Part shown: positions 39,701 through 51,110 of the stretch, piece after piece
How the letters are laid out: every line of letters starts with the position of its first letter
Position numbering within the stretch: position 1 is the stretch's first letter
Assembly (NCBI GenBank): GCA_021613535.1
Contig: CP075494.1
Location: 4,340,001-4,404,000, forward strand
DNA: 64,000 nucleotides
Origin: Adineta vaga
Lineage: Eukaryota; Animalia; Rotifera
Direction of reading: 5' to 3'
Program-made: the position numbers and the translations under genes
Notes under the pieces: model-generated
The model's input: only the letters and a program-made list of their open reading frames with translations
Told to the model about the DNA's origin: nothing
The model's database searches: none

Positions 39701-41962
39701 TATTCTTATTTGAAAATGAGCCAATTACTGTTAAAGAATTTCAAGTACGGCCTGCTATTGAAATAAAAAAATCTCCAAAACATACTATTCGTTTTCTGTA
39801 TCCACGATCAAACGCATCGTTAGAGCGAAAAAGACAAAGATATTTCAGTCGATCAAATATTATCCATGAACATCCTTATACAGTTCGTATTGAAGCTTAT
39901 GAATTAAATCTACATGAAACACCATTTTTCATTGGTTTATGGCAATATCCGATCTATTTCGATTATTTGCCATCTTTTCGTCTTGTCAAAATTTTACGTT
40001 TCACTAAAACACGAAATGTTACAAATCCATGTTTAAACAGTTCTTGTCGAAAACATCAGCAATGTCATCAACTTCTTAATGCACAACTCGATTACATCTG
40101 TTTATGTTCAAATGGTTTTAAAGGTGATAATTGTTCAATATCGGACAATAGTTGTAATGCAGATGATTGTTCAACAAATGCTTTGTGTCGACCAAATTAT
40201 CGAAAAACAATCAGTGCTAGTCAGTCGCCTTATTGTATTTGTCCATTGGCACGTTATGGAAATCGATGTGAATTAGAACTTGATCAATGTAAACTAACTT
40301 TTTGTTTCAATCAAGGTACTTGCTTTCCGTCAAACGTACCGCATGAATATTTCTGTGTATGTACCAACTTATCCCATGGAAAACGATGTGAATTTTCGCG
40401 ATCAATAGTTTCATTATATTTTAATCAAATCATTGAACATAGAGCTATAGTCATTCAATATCTTCGAATGGACTTTCATTCATTGAATTTAATTCTTATT
40501 TCACAATATGTTTATCATTCACTTCCTAGGCTATTAGCCGATTTATATGATAAAGTTGAACCACCCGAAATCATTATTGCAAAACAATATGTCGGTATTC
40601 ATGCTAATATCCATATTGTTTCCTTGCAGATAGGTGCTTCTTTCATTAATACAAGTATAGAAATGAGTGAAACTAATCGCTGCTTTAACGTATATACGTT
40701 ATTTCCAATTGATGAAGGTAAGTTTATATCTATCATCGACTATCATCTATACTTATCAGTTTTTCTTAGAAATCTATCCATACAAATATCATAGTCTTTG
40801 TCGAAAAAATCACAGTTTATTTTGTTTTTTTGATGATAATTATCTTTGCATCTGTGATGCAGATCATTATCGTGTCGAATGTTTTGGCTATGACCATAAT
40901 CTTGATCGATGTTCAATGTGTTTTGCTGATGGTCAATGCTTAACAGGTGATCGATCGAAATCGGACAATTATCTATGTCTTTGTCCACATTGCCGTTATG
41001 GTCGTTTATGTCAGTTTAGTTATGAAGGATTAAGTTTTACTCTGCATTCAGCTCTTCTACGAGTTCATTATATTTATCAAATTATTTATTTAATACTTTC
41101 TAATCTCATTTTTGTTTTTGGTATTTTGACTAATTATGCAACATTGATAACGTTTATACGACCCAATCTACGTAGTACGAGTGTCGGAAGTTTTCTTTTC
41201 TTCTATTCAATGGTTAGTCAAACGGCACTATTCGCATTGACGTTAAAAAGTCTTCAGCTTTTTTTCGAGTTTTTACTAAATGATATCTTATGCAAAATTA
41301 TCTCCTATGTACTTTCAGTTTCTATTCGATATTCATTTTGGTTACTCAGTTGGGTTGCCGTTATACGTGTATGTTCTATCTTATTTCCTTTTTCTACATT
41401 AACAAAAAATAATCATTTTGCTACAAGACTAAGTTTTTTCACATTGATTGCTGTTGCTTGTATGGATATTCATGAACTTCTTTTCTATATCAAAGATCCA
41501 AGTGGACAACCAGTATGTATCGTTAGTTATCCTAGGATCGTCTCGACTTACGAACGAATCACTCTTCTCATTCACTACATCGTTCCATTTTGTATTCAAA
41601 TTTTATCGATTACATCCTTAATTATATTAGCCGCACGTAGTCGTTCACGTGCAACAAATCATCATGATACATTTGTTCAATATCTTCAACAACAATTTCG
41701 AAATCAAAAGGAATTATATATCACTCCAATCGTTATTATATTCAGTGGCTTACCACAAGTAATTTTTTCATTTAGTTTTTCATGTATAGAATTAGCTACA
41801 TGGCAAAAGCATCTTTTACTTATTGCTTATTTTCTTGCTTATGCACCACAATCATTAGGTTTTGTTCTTTTCGTTTTACCATCAACAAGATATTTAAAAG
41901 AATTTCAAGCAACAAAATTATCGAAAATATTTCATTTTCGATCGATGAAATTCAATAAATAG
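36778..41962 (+). CDS. Large GPCR with LDL-receptor class A and EGF repeats, ~1710 aa, 2 exons
   Basis: Signal peptide, multiple LDLa motifs (e.g. LDGEWDCSDASDE) and EGF repeats (CFCPEQYYGDKC). Intron 40718-40769 joins in frame to a 7TM domain (ILCKIISY, WVAVIR, SGLPQ). Confidence 0.92.
37483..37505. other. Assembly gap (23 N)
   Basis: Run of N inside an LDLa repeat. Confidence 0.99.
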
Positions 41963-42393
41963 AAAGACCTGCAAGAGTTTTCTCATTTCTTTTCTTCAAA
42001 AAAAAAGCAAACGCTTTCAAATATTCGTACTTATCGTTCTCAGAAAGTATTGATGGTCATTTTTTTTTAATCTTTTTCATCTGAATCATTCCTATGTGCA
42101 CTTAAAGAACAGCACAAAAAAGACACATGCCACACTTCCCACAACGTCATCCTCTTTCTTCTTTCAAATCAGCAATATGATTAGAAAAGTGAAGAAGTAC
42201 ATCGAACATTTTCTCTTCTGTTCTACTCGGACACAACACTACGTTAATTGTTTTTCTTACCTGGAATCTCTTTCACACATACATTGTGCGATTTTGATCG
42301 ACGCAAAAACCGATTCCGTTGCACAACTGTTTTTCTGATAATACGTACTCTTATCGATTTCTTTTTTTCGTCGGTGCACCATTTTTGAGAAGT

Positions 42394-42400
42394 ATAAATA
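42394..42400 (+). promoter_or_regulatory. TATA-box candidate (TATAAAT) upstream of the Q/N-rich gene; conserved in copy 2 at ~47328
   Basis: About 90 bp upstream of the ATG and retained in both copies while adjacent bases differ. Confidence 0.5.
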
Positions 42401-42483
42401 CGAGATGCACAACATTGAATAACATAATAAAACTTAATAACTAACACATTTTATCTCAAACTACTCAATTCATTTGACACACA

Positions 42484-42738
42484 ATGTCAGCAACAATATT
42501 AAACAATCAAAATCAACAATGTTGTCATGATGGCATCAATAAACAACAACAAGGCCATCAAAACGATCAAGGTATTAATGTTCAACGACAACAGCAGCAA
42601 CAAGGTCAACAATTAAATAATAATCAACAAGATATAAATCGTCAACAAAATCATCAATGTGGCTGTGCTCAACAATTTCAACAAGCTGGTCAGATTGGAA
42701 ATGAACATTGCTACGAATATCAATATTCAATTCATTGA
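42484..42738 (+). CDS. Small Gln/Asn-rich, Cys-containing disordered protein, copy 1
   Basis: 84-aa ORF in ACAATG context with a TATA upstream and AATAAA at ~42838; ORF conserved in the duplicate. Confidence 0.7.
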   Translation: MSATILNNQNQQCCHDGINKQQQGHQNDQGINVQRQQQQQGQQLNNNQQDINRQQNHQCGCAQQFQQAGQIGNEHCYEYQYSIH

Positions 42739-43283
42739 ATGAAATGCATTTCTGATACAACAAATGACAGTCATTTGTACATTTTACTGTAAAGTGATGT
42801 TTTTGTCGTATTTAGAAATATGTTTGTACGTATTTGAAATAAAGTAATCGATCCATAAGAAACATTTGTAATGAGACTGAAAATCATGAAGTCAAATAAA
42901 ACAATGTTAAGTGTGTGTGGGTGCGGTGGATGTGGATTCTTTATCTATTACCGAAACGCTCGCACCTACACCTTTAAGAAATTTCGAACATCTGCACGAG
43001 ATTGCTATAAAAGTTAATTTCCTTTACGAACAATCGCACACATTGCCTGGTGTCCGGAATGGGTATTACGAAACGTCATTTACCCATCTCTATTAAAAGA
43101 AAAATATTTAAACAATATCGAGTACATGCTGAACAGATTCGTTTATGAAACATTATTCAAATGAAAACAATCTTATATATGTTAGTTTTATGAATAAATG
43201 ATATTTCAGAAATGAATATTATTGAAAATAAGTCATTAAGAACTTGGCGTTCAAACAAAATGATTTCAAGGAATATTTAAAAG

Positions 43284-43377
43284 TAGGGGTGGACCATTTA
43301 ATTTAACGCGAGTTAATTAACGGGCGTTAATTAACGCCCGTCGATTAACTCGCGTTAAATTAAACGGTCCACCCCTA
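43284..43377. mobile_element. 94-bp spacerless palindrome, probably a fold-back or internally deleted DNA-transposon remnant
   Basis: Two 47-bp arms (TAGGGGTGGACC...GCGTTAA|TTAACGC...GGTCCACCCCTA) with 3 mismatches. Confidence 0.75.
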
Positions 43378-44584
43378 TTCGTAGCCGTACAGTCACTCTT
43401 ATTGATCAGATATCCTTTTATCTTTATTATTATGAAAAGACGGAAATACCATGAATCAAAGACGAAATATCAACTAGATGATGAAATCATCCAACAAACA
43501 AAATATTATGAGATACAAAGATGGAGAAAGTAAAAATATCAGTTTTGATCAGGAATATTTGACGGACGATAGTTTTTTTACATTTTTCTTCTCAAGTTCA
43601 AGTGAGTTATTCATTGTTAACTTCTAAAATTAACAACAAATTAGTTTATTCTTACTGTTCTCCCAAATGAAATTTCTTACTTCTTGTTTCGTGTTGTCTC
43701 TTTTTCACGACTGCGACGCAGTTACCGCATTTCTTTAGCTTATCTATTGGTTAGTTTTGAATAATAACGTTCATTATCTCTAATAGCGTGAGTCATTCCC
43801 ATATGTGGACCAATCAACTATCAGGTGCTGTTTCTTCTGACCAATGAGTGATAGAGGGTTGGGTGTTGCGGAAACCCGCCAAGATGTGTACAGTATGCTG
43901 TTTAGTAATGACCGATTTTTTGCAGAGTTTTTTGTTATCTTTTTAAATGTTTAATAAATATTATTGAATGTAACACAATCGCTACTAATTCCACCCGTTT
44001 AATCATCGATTTTTTCGTAAGCATTTTATTTGTGCGCGTAAATCATGAATATCTTCATATGCATTTCTCGGCAGATCTTGTTAACGCTTTTTTTAGTTGC
44101 TCGAGTCCATGTTCTTTTGTTGCGATCCACAAAGAAATATTATTCTTCTTTTAATTTCTATTCGATATACATTACTAAACGATCGTTCTCTTTGAGTTCC
44201 TTTTTTAACCATGTTACTACGTGTTCTGAAAGAGACATCTACGACAAAATGTAATATCTAGGCTGGTTTTATAATGGAAAACATAATTACCCATGTTCAG
44301 ATATCGTATAGAAAAGCGAATGACTAAAGAGGATTATCACTTATTTGTTATTCATTGCAATATTTACGTCTTCTTAGCCGTGCAATGAACTTAGTTGATG
44401 GTATCAAATCCAGGGAGTCAGTAGTTAAGAGGAAGCGACGATTAGTCGAGGAGAAAATTGGTCGTATATCAGAGATATTGTCATACTCTAATTTATTAGA
44501 AAACAAAAATACAAAAAATAATTTAGTCATAACTTATGATTTACAAATTATATACAATCGCTTCTATTTGTTTAAGTAATGTTG

Positions 44585-45050
44585 AATGAGGAGAAAAACC
44601 TTCACTAACATTTTGACATTCAAGAAATGCTAATACTGGAATTTTATTAACATCGTAAGCAAATTTTGAATCATTTTCATAATTACTCTTCAATCCAAGA
44701 TCGTATAACGAAAAATAAGTTGAATGTGCTTTTCAAAAAAACCACAAACCCATCTGAAGTTTTTTTTTATACTTTTTTGTAGATGAAAGAAACATCCTAA
44801 TATCAACAGTTTCCTCAATGCAGTATCGAAACGTTTTTGGATTGCGTTGATAACGATTTTTTCGAAGTCTACCATGACAGAATTAGGAGTCCACGAAGGA
44901 CATAAACGACGTATATCATCAATTAATTTTTCATAAGTTGGTTGTTGTTTATCAGAAGGTAACGCAAAAACCAAAGGAAAAACGTTGTCTCGATAAATTC
45001 CATGAACAGTATATAATTGAGTGAATATCGTTGGTGTAACGTAGAATCAA
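44585..45050 (-). mobile_element. Mutator-like (MULE) transposase remnant
   Basis: FYVTPTIFTQLYTVHG...FPLVFAL..DKQQPTYEKL...VMVDFEK...GCFFHLQKS, then DLGLKSNYEND...VLAFL; the first catalytic DGT motif is damaged. Confidence 0.88.
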
Positions 45051-45054
45051 TATA

Positions 45055-45619
45055 CAGTAATACCTCTGCTTTATGAATCCCCCTTGATTCTGAATGTGAA
45101 CGCTTCTTTTAGTCACATTTGCATACGTTTACCTGTTTAATATGAACATTTGTATAGTCCGCCATTATACAAAGTTGAATAATTGGACTGAAAGAGAGAG
45201 TGAGGAAGAAGAGAAAACAATGATAGAATAAACACACATGTAATAGCTGGAGTGTACTTCAATTTTTTGTTCAATTCTGACTACTCGTAATGATCTTATA
45301 TTAGAAAACAAAATTAAAAACAATTAAACAAAAATCAAGTTGCTTTAATTTATCGTGAATTACGAGATAAGCTTTCCCTATCTACTGGTGACTGAACAGA
45401 TCGTAAACCTAAAAAGGTATTTAACTTTTTCTCTTGCAAATCCGTCATGTGGATGTTATATTATTCAATAAACTTAATCAATTCACTTTAAAGTTGTGAT
45501 TAGATCATCAAAAGAACGCTTTGATCTTATATAGCTTATACACCTCCTTTATGAACACTCTGTTATACTGAACACTTTTGGTCGGTCCCGACAATGCTCA
45601 GATTAGACAGGTTTTACTG
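45055..45619. mobile_element. Non-autonomous Tc1/mariner-pogo-like element (MITE), TA-flanked
   Basis: TA|CAGTAATACCTCT... at the left end and ...ACAGGTTTTACTG|TA at the right end form imperfect TIRs; no ORF inside. Confidence 0.65.
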
Positions 45620-46158
45620 TATATTCATGACAATAATTATGAGAAGCGAGTTGTGCTAGAGACTATACTTTGACTTCATTCACTGATATGCGTGTGATGA
45701 AAGGGTAGAATACGTATTACTAAAGAAGTGAACAGAACTAAATTTTTTGTAAATATAATTCAAATTCTTATCTAATATCTACATGTTTTATATATCATTA
45801 TCCGATGTTTTTTGGAAGAAATTTCGAAAAACAAAGCACAAAGTCACATGGAAAGGTGTATCATAGACCAAAAATGTATAAGCTTTCTCTCGTTCGTTAA
45901 AGTATTCTTTTTTTCCGCATAACCAATTGTACAGCTTTCGTTTGCATATTGAATGAAAGGTGTTTATCATTTCGATAAAAAAATGCATATCTGTCTAAAT
46001 AAATTATGGCCATATCAAAACAAACGATATAAACACATTTATTGCAAACTAGTAATAATGCTTTTTTTATCTCTATCATACAAAAAATGTATAAAAAGAC
46101 GACGGTAATTCACCATTTCACAAGCATTTGAATAATATCAACATATATACTCGACGAC

Positions 46159-46606
46159 ATGGTTAACGCAAAGTTTGTGTATTTCATTTTGTTAGTGGTT
46201 ATCATCATGATTACAAATGGTAATGGAAGATATGCAAAATATGATAATGATTTTGAAATTCTTCGTCGTCGTTTGAATCATCTATTGGCTGCTCGACAAG
46301 AACCTACCGATGAAAACAGTGAAACTGACCATAGTAATGATTGTCCTTATCCATTTCAATACATCATCGAAGGTAATGGCTTCGGTTCGTGTAGTTGTAA
46401 TACTGGCAATCGTGCTTGTAAAGAAGACGTTGAATGTCCTGAAAATTATTCTCAGCGTCGTGTGTTTTGGGATCATCGAAAGGGAGGAAAGAAAATGACT
46501 GGTATCGTTTGTTATCCGTCACCAAAGTATGTGATTATTCTTTGCGAATTGTTAAGTTGATTGAAATATTTGTTTTTATTATAGGCCACTTGGAGATGAT
46601 ACTTAA
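46159..46606 (+). CDS. Secreted prepropeptide with 6-Cys mature domain
   Basis: Signal peptide, RRR-containing pro-region and a 6-Cys C-terminal domain. Intron 46527-46584 gives the end KPLGDDT*; AATAAA at ~46634. Confidence 0.75.
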
Positions 46607-47008
46607 GCCGTCAAATCAACAAATTTATAACTAAATAAACGCTTTTCTGTAGTTAGTTTTTCTTACACTATATTTCAGCAGAAAATTCAATTAAAAAACA
46701 AATATCCAATTTGTATCAGATTCACTATAGTTTAGAACCAGCTAAAAGATCATACTTAATGTTTTTATACGATAATCTACCAGTCGGTAGTCGAAACTTT
46801 TGAAAATTACATGCGGAGACAAATCGAAAAAGGAAATATCAGACTTTTCTTTCGATCAAATCAAAAGAATTTTAAAATTAAACTAACTTCTCTCTTTCAC
46901 AATACTTTCGATTTTCTATATTGGAATATTATTAAATACTTTGATTCGAAACTATTCACTTCGATATAGTCGCGTACTCATCGTTTTTTCACAAGTCGTC
47001 ATGATTAT

Positions 47009-47783
47009 TTTTTCATCTGAATCATTCCTATGTGCACTTAAAGAACAGCACAAAAAAGACACATGCCACACTTCCCACAACGTCATCCTCTTTCTTCTTT
47101 CAAATCAGCAATATGATTAGAAAAGTGAAGAAGTACATCGAACATCTTCTCTTCTGTTCTACTCGGACACAACACTACGTTAATTGTTTTTCTTACCTGG
47201 AATCTCTTTCTCACATACATTGTGCGATTTTGATCGACGCAAAAAACAATTCCGTTGCACAGCTGTTTTTCTGATAATACGTACTCTTATCGATTTCTTT
47301 TTTTCGTCGATGCACTTTTTTGTCAAGTATAAATACGAGATGCACAACATTGAATAACATAACAAAACTTAATAACTAACACATTTTATCTCAAACTACT
47401 CAATTCATTTGACAAACAATGTCAGCAACAATATTAAACAATCAAAATCAACAATGTTGTCATGATGGTATCAATAAACAACAACAAGGCCATCAAAACG
47501 ATCAAGGTATTAATGTTCAACGACAACAGCAGCAACAAGGTCAACAATTAAATAATAATCAACAAGATATAAATCGTCAACAAAATCATCATTGTGGCTG
47601 TGCTCAACAATTTCAACAAGCTGGTCAGATTGGAAATGAACATTGCTACGAATATCAATATTCAATTCATTGAATGAAATGCATTTCTGATACAACAAAT
47701 GACAGTCATTTGTACATTTTACTGTAAAGTGATGTTTTTGTCGTATTTAGAAATATGTTTGTACGTATTTGAAATAAAGTAAT
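47009..47783 (+). repeat. Direct segmental duplication, copy 2
   Basis: Near-identical to 42073-42848. Confidence 0.95.
47419..47673 (+). CDS. Small Gln/Asn-rich disordered protein, copy 2
   Basis: Differs from copy 1 by one synonymous change (GGC/GGT) and one Q>H change. Confidence 0.7.
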   Translation: MSATILNNQNQQCCHDGINKQQQGHQNDQGINVQRQQQQQGQQLNNNQQDINRQQNHHCGCAQQFQQAGQIGNEHCYEYQYSIH

Positions 47784-47982
47784 TACAAATGAAAACAATA
47801 GATAAACATGTCTTTTTTAACCCGATATAAACTAGAGTAATGAGAGTGAAAAGCCTGATTATTTAAAAACAAAAGTCATAATGAACTGAACATGAGATGG
47901 TATGCAACGATTTACTCTAAGCAATTCACTGAATCAAATCTTTCTCTTTTTTTTATATTAAAAACAAAAAACTTTCTAAAAT

Positions 47983-50534
47983 TCAAATTTTTGATAATGT
48001 TCCTTGTTTGATGGAGACCCAAATTGGAGGAACTTTACGTCGATTTGATGGATTAAGTCGAGCACGTTCCATTAATGCTTCATATGCTTGTCCATCATAA
48101 CGACCCAAACAAGAATCTATTCAATAGATGTATGTATATCTATATTGATCAGAGTTTTTAGAAGATTCATACTCAATTCAAAATCATGGAAATCAAAAGC
48201 ATCAACTAAAGTGACAAGATTTGGACGAAGTTGTGCGTATAAATCCGGTAAAATACGAGTTTCAAGATCATAGATTTGATCTGCTGGCAATAGTCTCAGC
48301 TGATATAGAAATAGAATAATTTGTTTTCTTTATCAAAGTCAACGTACTCGAATAAAATCTGTCGATTCATTTCGTAGTGTATGAATTGCATATACATAAA
48401 ACAATTGTTCAAGAACTGATGCAATCGATGAATATTGAGGAGCTTTCTTCACTTGTTCATAAAATGCACGCATTATAAATGTTTCCATATGAGCCTAAAT
48501 ATAAAATCCATCGAAAAAAAAATCCAATGAAAGTAACCAATCTATCTTTATACTTTAGCCATATGTACTAATTCAATTGAATTATTGATGAATGTGTCAT
48601 AAGGAGACGATAATGATGATTCGAGCATCTTTCTATACATATCTTTTATCAATCTACAAATAATATAATGAAAATAATCAACTAAATACATATTTCTATA
48701 ATTACAATTGTGATCGACTTTCAAATAAACGACAATAATCATCAAGTTTAATATTTGTTGTTGACGACCACAGTGGTAAATTTAAATACGTCACGGACGA
48801 ATGCATATTTGCATCATTATTATCTTCTATGTGCTGCATTATTTTTAAAAGATATCTATTTTATATAATAATTAAATATTCCATAGATTGAAATAGAGTG
48901 ATGAATATTACCTTGCGGTTTGTTGAAGTAAAACCACATTATCTCCTTCAGCACTACATCCTCCATCAATACCATTTCTTGATGTTACTAATCCACTTGC
49001 AACTAGGAAACCATGACCACCACAAGCAACACGACATATTTGTGCTATTCGTTCACTAATTGTTAATGTATAACCTTTGAACCCACATGAAAGTGCATGA
49101 AGCTAAATAAATGGATAGATTTTATTACAAAGAAAACTTCATTCTCTAATTTACTTCTGGTAATTGTTGAAGATAAAGATCATCATTTGATTTTAATTGA
49201 AAAAAATATTGATCAAGTTTAATAAAAGCAATAAGAAATGCATAAGTTGTTGATAAAGATGGAATTAATTTTTCTTGTTGCAATGGATAATCAAGAATTC
49301 GTGTTTCTTTCCTATATATTTCACACCCTTAACAAATCAATTTATTGATTAACATAAAACCTACCCTGATGGATTGAGTCCTTGAAATCGAATAGCTGAA
49401 TAACGTACTGCAATAGTCATAGCTTGAATAAGTGCAATCAAACTTGTATTGATAAGACGAAGACGTTCATGAACCATTGTACCATATAAAAGACGAGCAT
49501 CACCTCGACGTTGAAAACGACCTTCGGAATCGACCTTTGGCAAAAGAAAATAGATGATTTAAGAAGAAAAATCAAACATACATGTGCTAATTTCATAAAC
49601 ATATGTGTACGTGGAATACGAACATTTGTCAATCGTAGATAACCATTATCACCAAGAATATGTGCAAATCGAGTACTAATTTCGCCAACTTCCACACCTA
49701 AATATTCAACAAAATGAAAACCAATCGATCATCAATTGAATATTCTTGTACCTGGTAATGGTTCATGTGTTTTTAAATCTCGGATTTGTACTAAAAACAT
49801 TTGTATTCCACATGAATGCTCACGATCAGGTGTATATAATTGAGCCATTAAAAGAACATGATTTACTGTTCTTCCCATTGAACCTGGCCAGAATTTTGTT
49901 GCTGTTAATGTTGGCGTATTCAAAATAAATGAATCGGTTTTTCGATCAAAAACAGCTTCGGTTTCTAATCGTCGTATATCAGTTCCATGACCGAGTTCTG
50001 TTTGTGCATAACTTGCAATGATTTGAAATGATTGAGCTAATGGTAATAGTTGTTGTTTTTGTTCTTCACTTGCTAAATTTTCAATGGCATATAAACACAT
50101 GGATGTATGAATATAGAATGAAAAATAGTAACTGACAAATATATCATAGAACCAAGCACGATGCTTTGGATTTGTAATATTTAAACGATTGACTTCATCG
50201 ATTGCTGCAAAACTTTTTCGAATACAAAGTGAATAATGTTCATCAGCAGAAAGATATTCAAATGGTAAATGTGTTTGATGAATTGGATGAGAACTAGCAA
50301 GACGAACTGAATAGAAAAAGAAACGAAAATATGTATGAGAAAGAAGAAATGATGTGCTGCTACGAAACTCAGTTGACGACGTATGTTTATATCGAATGGA
50401 TTATTAGATCCACCAAACATAAATTGAGTCAATTCTTCAACATTGATTGTTGCTGATTGACGTTCAGTTAATAAATGAATATTCTTTGTATCATTTATTT
50501 GATAATGTGGTTTCGCATCAGCATATTCAGACAT
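47983..50534 (-). CDS. ACOX1: Peroxisomal acyl-CoA oxidase (ACOX1-like), multi-exon
   Basis: YAQTELGHG, TKFWPG, DNGYLRL, TIAVRYSAIR, ACGGHG, AEGDNVVL, DAFDF and LGRYDG; ends in a PTS1-like SKI*. Confidence 0.92.
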
Positions 50535-51110
50535 TTTTTATCGACGATGACGATTTCGTGAAAAGTAAAACACGTGTGCGTTGATTGAAGAAAGAAAATC
50601 TAACAACATATAGTTAACGAGAATGACTCATTCATCATGATCCATAATATACGTACAGTTCGTCTCTGTCTCTACTATTCGTTACATGCTTGAAGGACGA
50701 AATTATTTGTTGATAAATTGTATGTTTATTTTCGATCCATAAATCTTTCCATCTATATAGTTTTCTTCAAGTCTATCGACGACATCTATCGTTTTAAATC
50801 GTATAATGTGCTTCGCTTCAGACTGAATGTAGATATGGATAGTGTTAAATCTTCTCAATACAATTTATTTGTTGTATGAAGAAAGAAAATATAATGACGA
50901 ATATGTTGATATTTTCATTAAATAGAAAATCTTTGCTTTTTTAAAGTTTTGCTAGTTTGAAAAAAGAACATCATTACATAAGTATAATGTTATTTGCATT
51001 CAGAAAAATGAAATTTTTTTGCACTGAGAAAAGACATACAATAGTGAATATAGAGAAAATGTTCTTTCTTAGTTATACTCATTTTACCAACTTGCACTTC
51101 CCTTCCTATA

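Larger units (their letters stand above)
42073..42848 (+). repeat. Direct segmental duplication, copy 1 (~775 bp)
   Basis: Near-identical to 47009-47783; spans promoter, ORF and polyA signal. Confidence 0.95.

Noticed and set aside
42096-42447. ORFs 42096-42338 (+) and 42244-42447 (-), repeated at 47032-47365
   Set aside because: They recur only because of the DNA duplication, have non-ATG or weak starts, and overlap the promoter region.
42911-42972. GTGTGGGTGCG...CGCACCTACAC 11-bp stem and TGTGGG telomere-like words (also 22481-22493 and 56758-56770)
   Set aside because: Too short; at most two repeat units, one set lies within an ORF; not a telomeric array or a recognisable ncRNA.
43740-43890. 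Cluster of CCAAT/ATTGG boxes and a GC-richer patch resembling a promoter
   Set aside because: No intact downstream gene to attach it to; the motifs are short enough to occur by chance.
44355-44579. 74-aa basic ORF next to the MULE remnant
   Set aside because: No recognisable motif and no ATG start; may be TE debris but cannot be supported.
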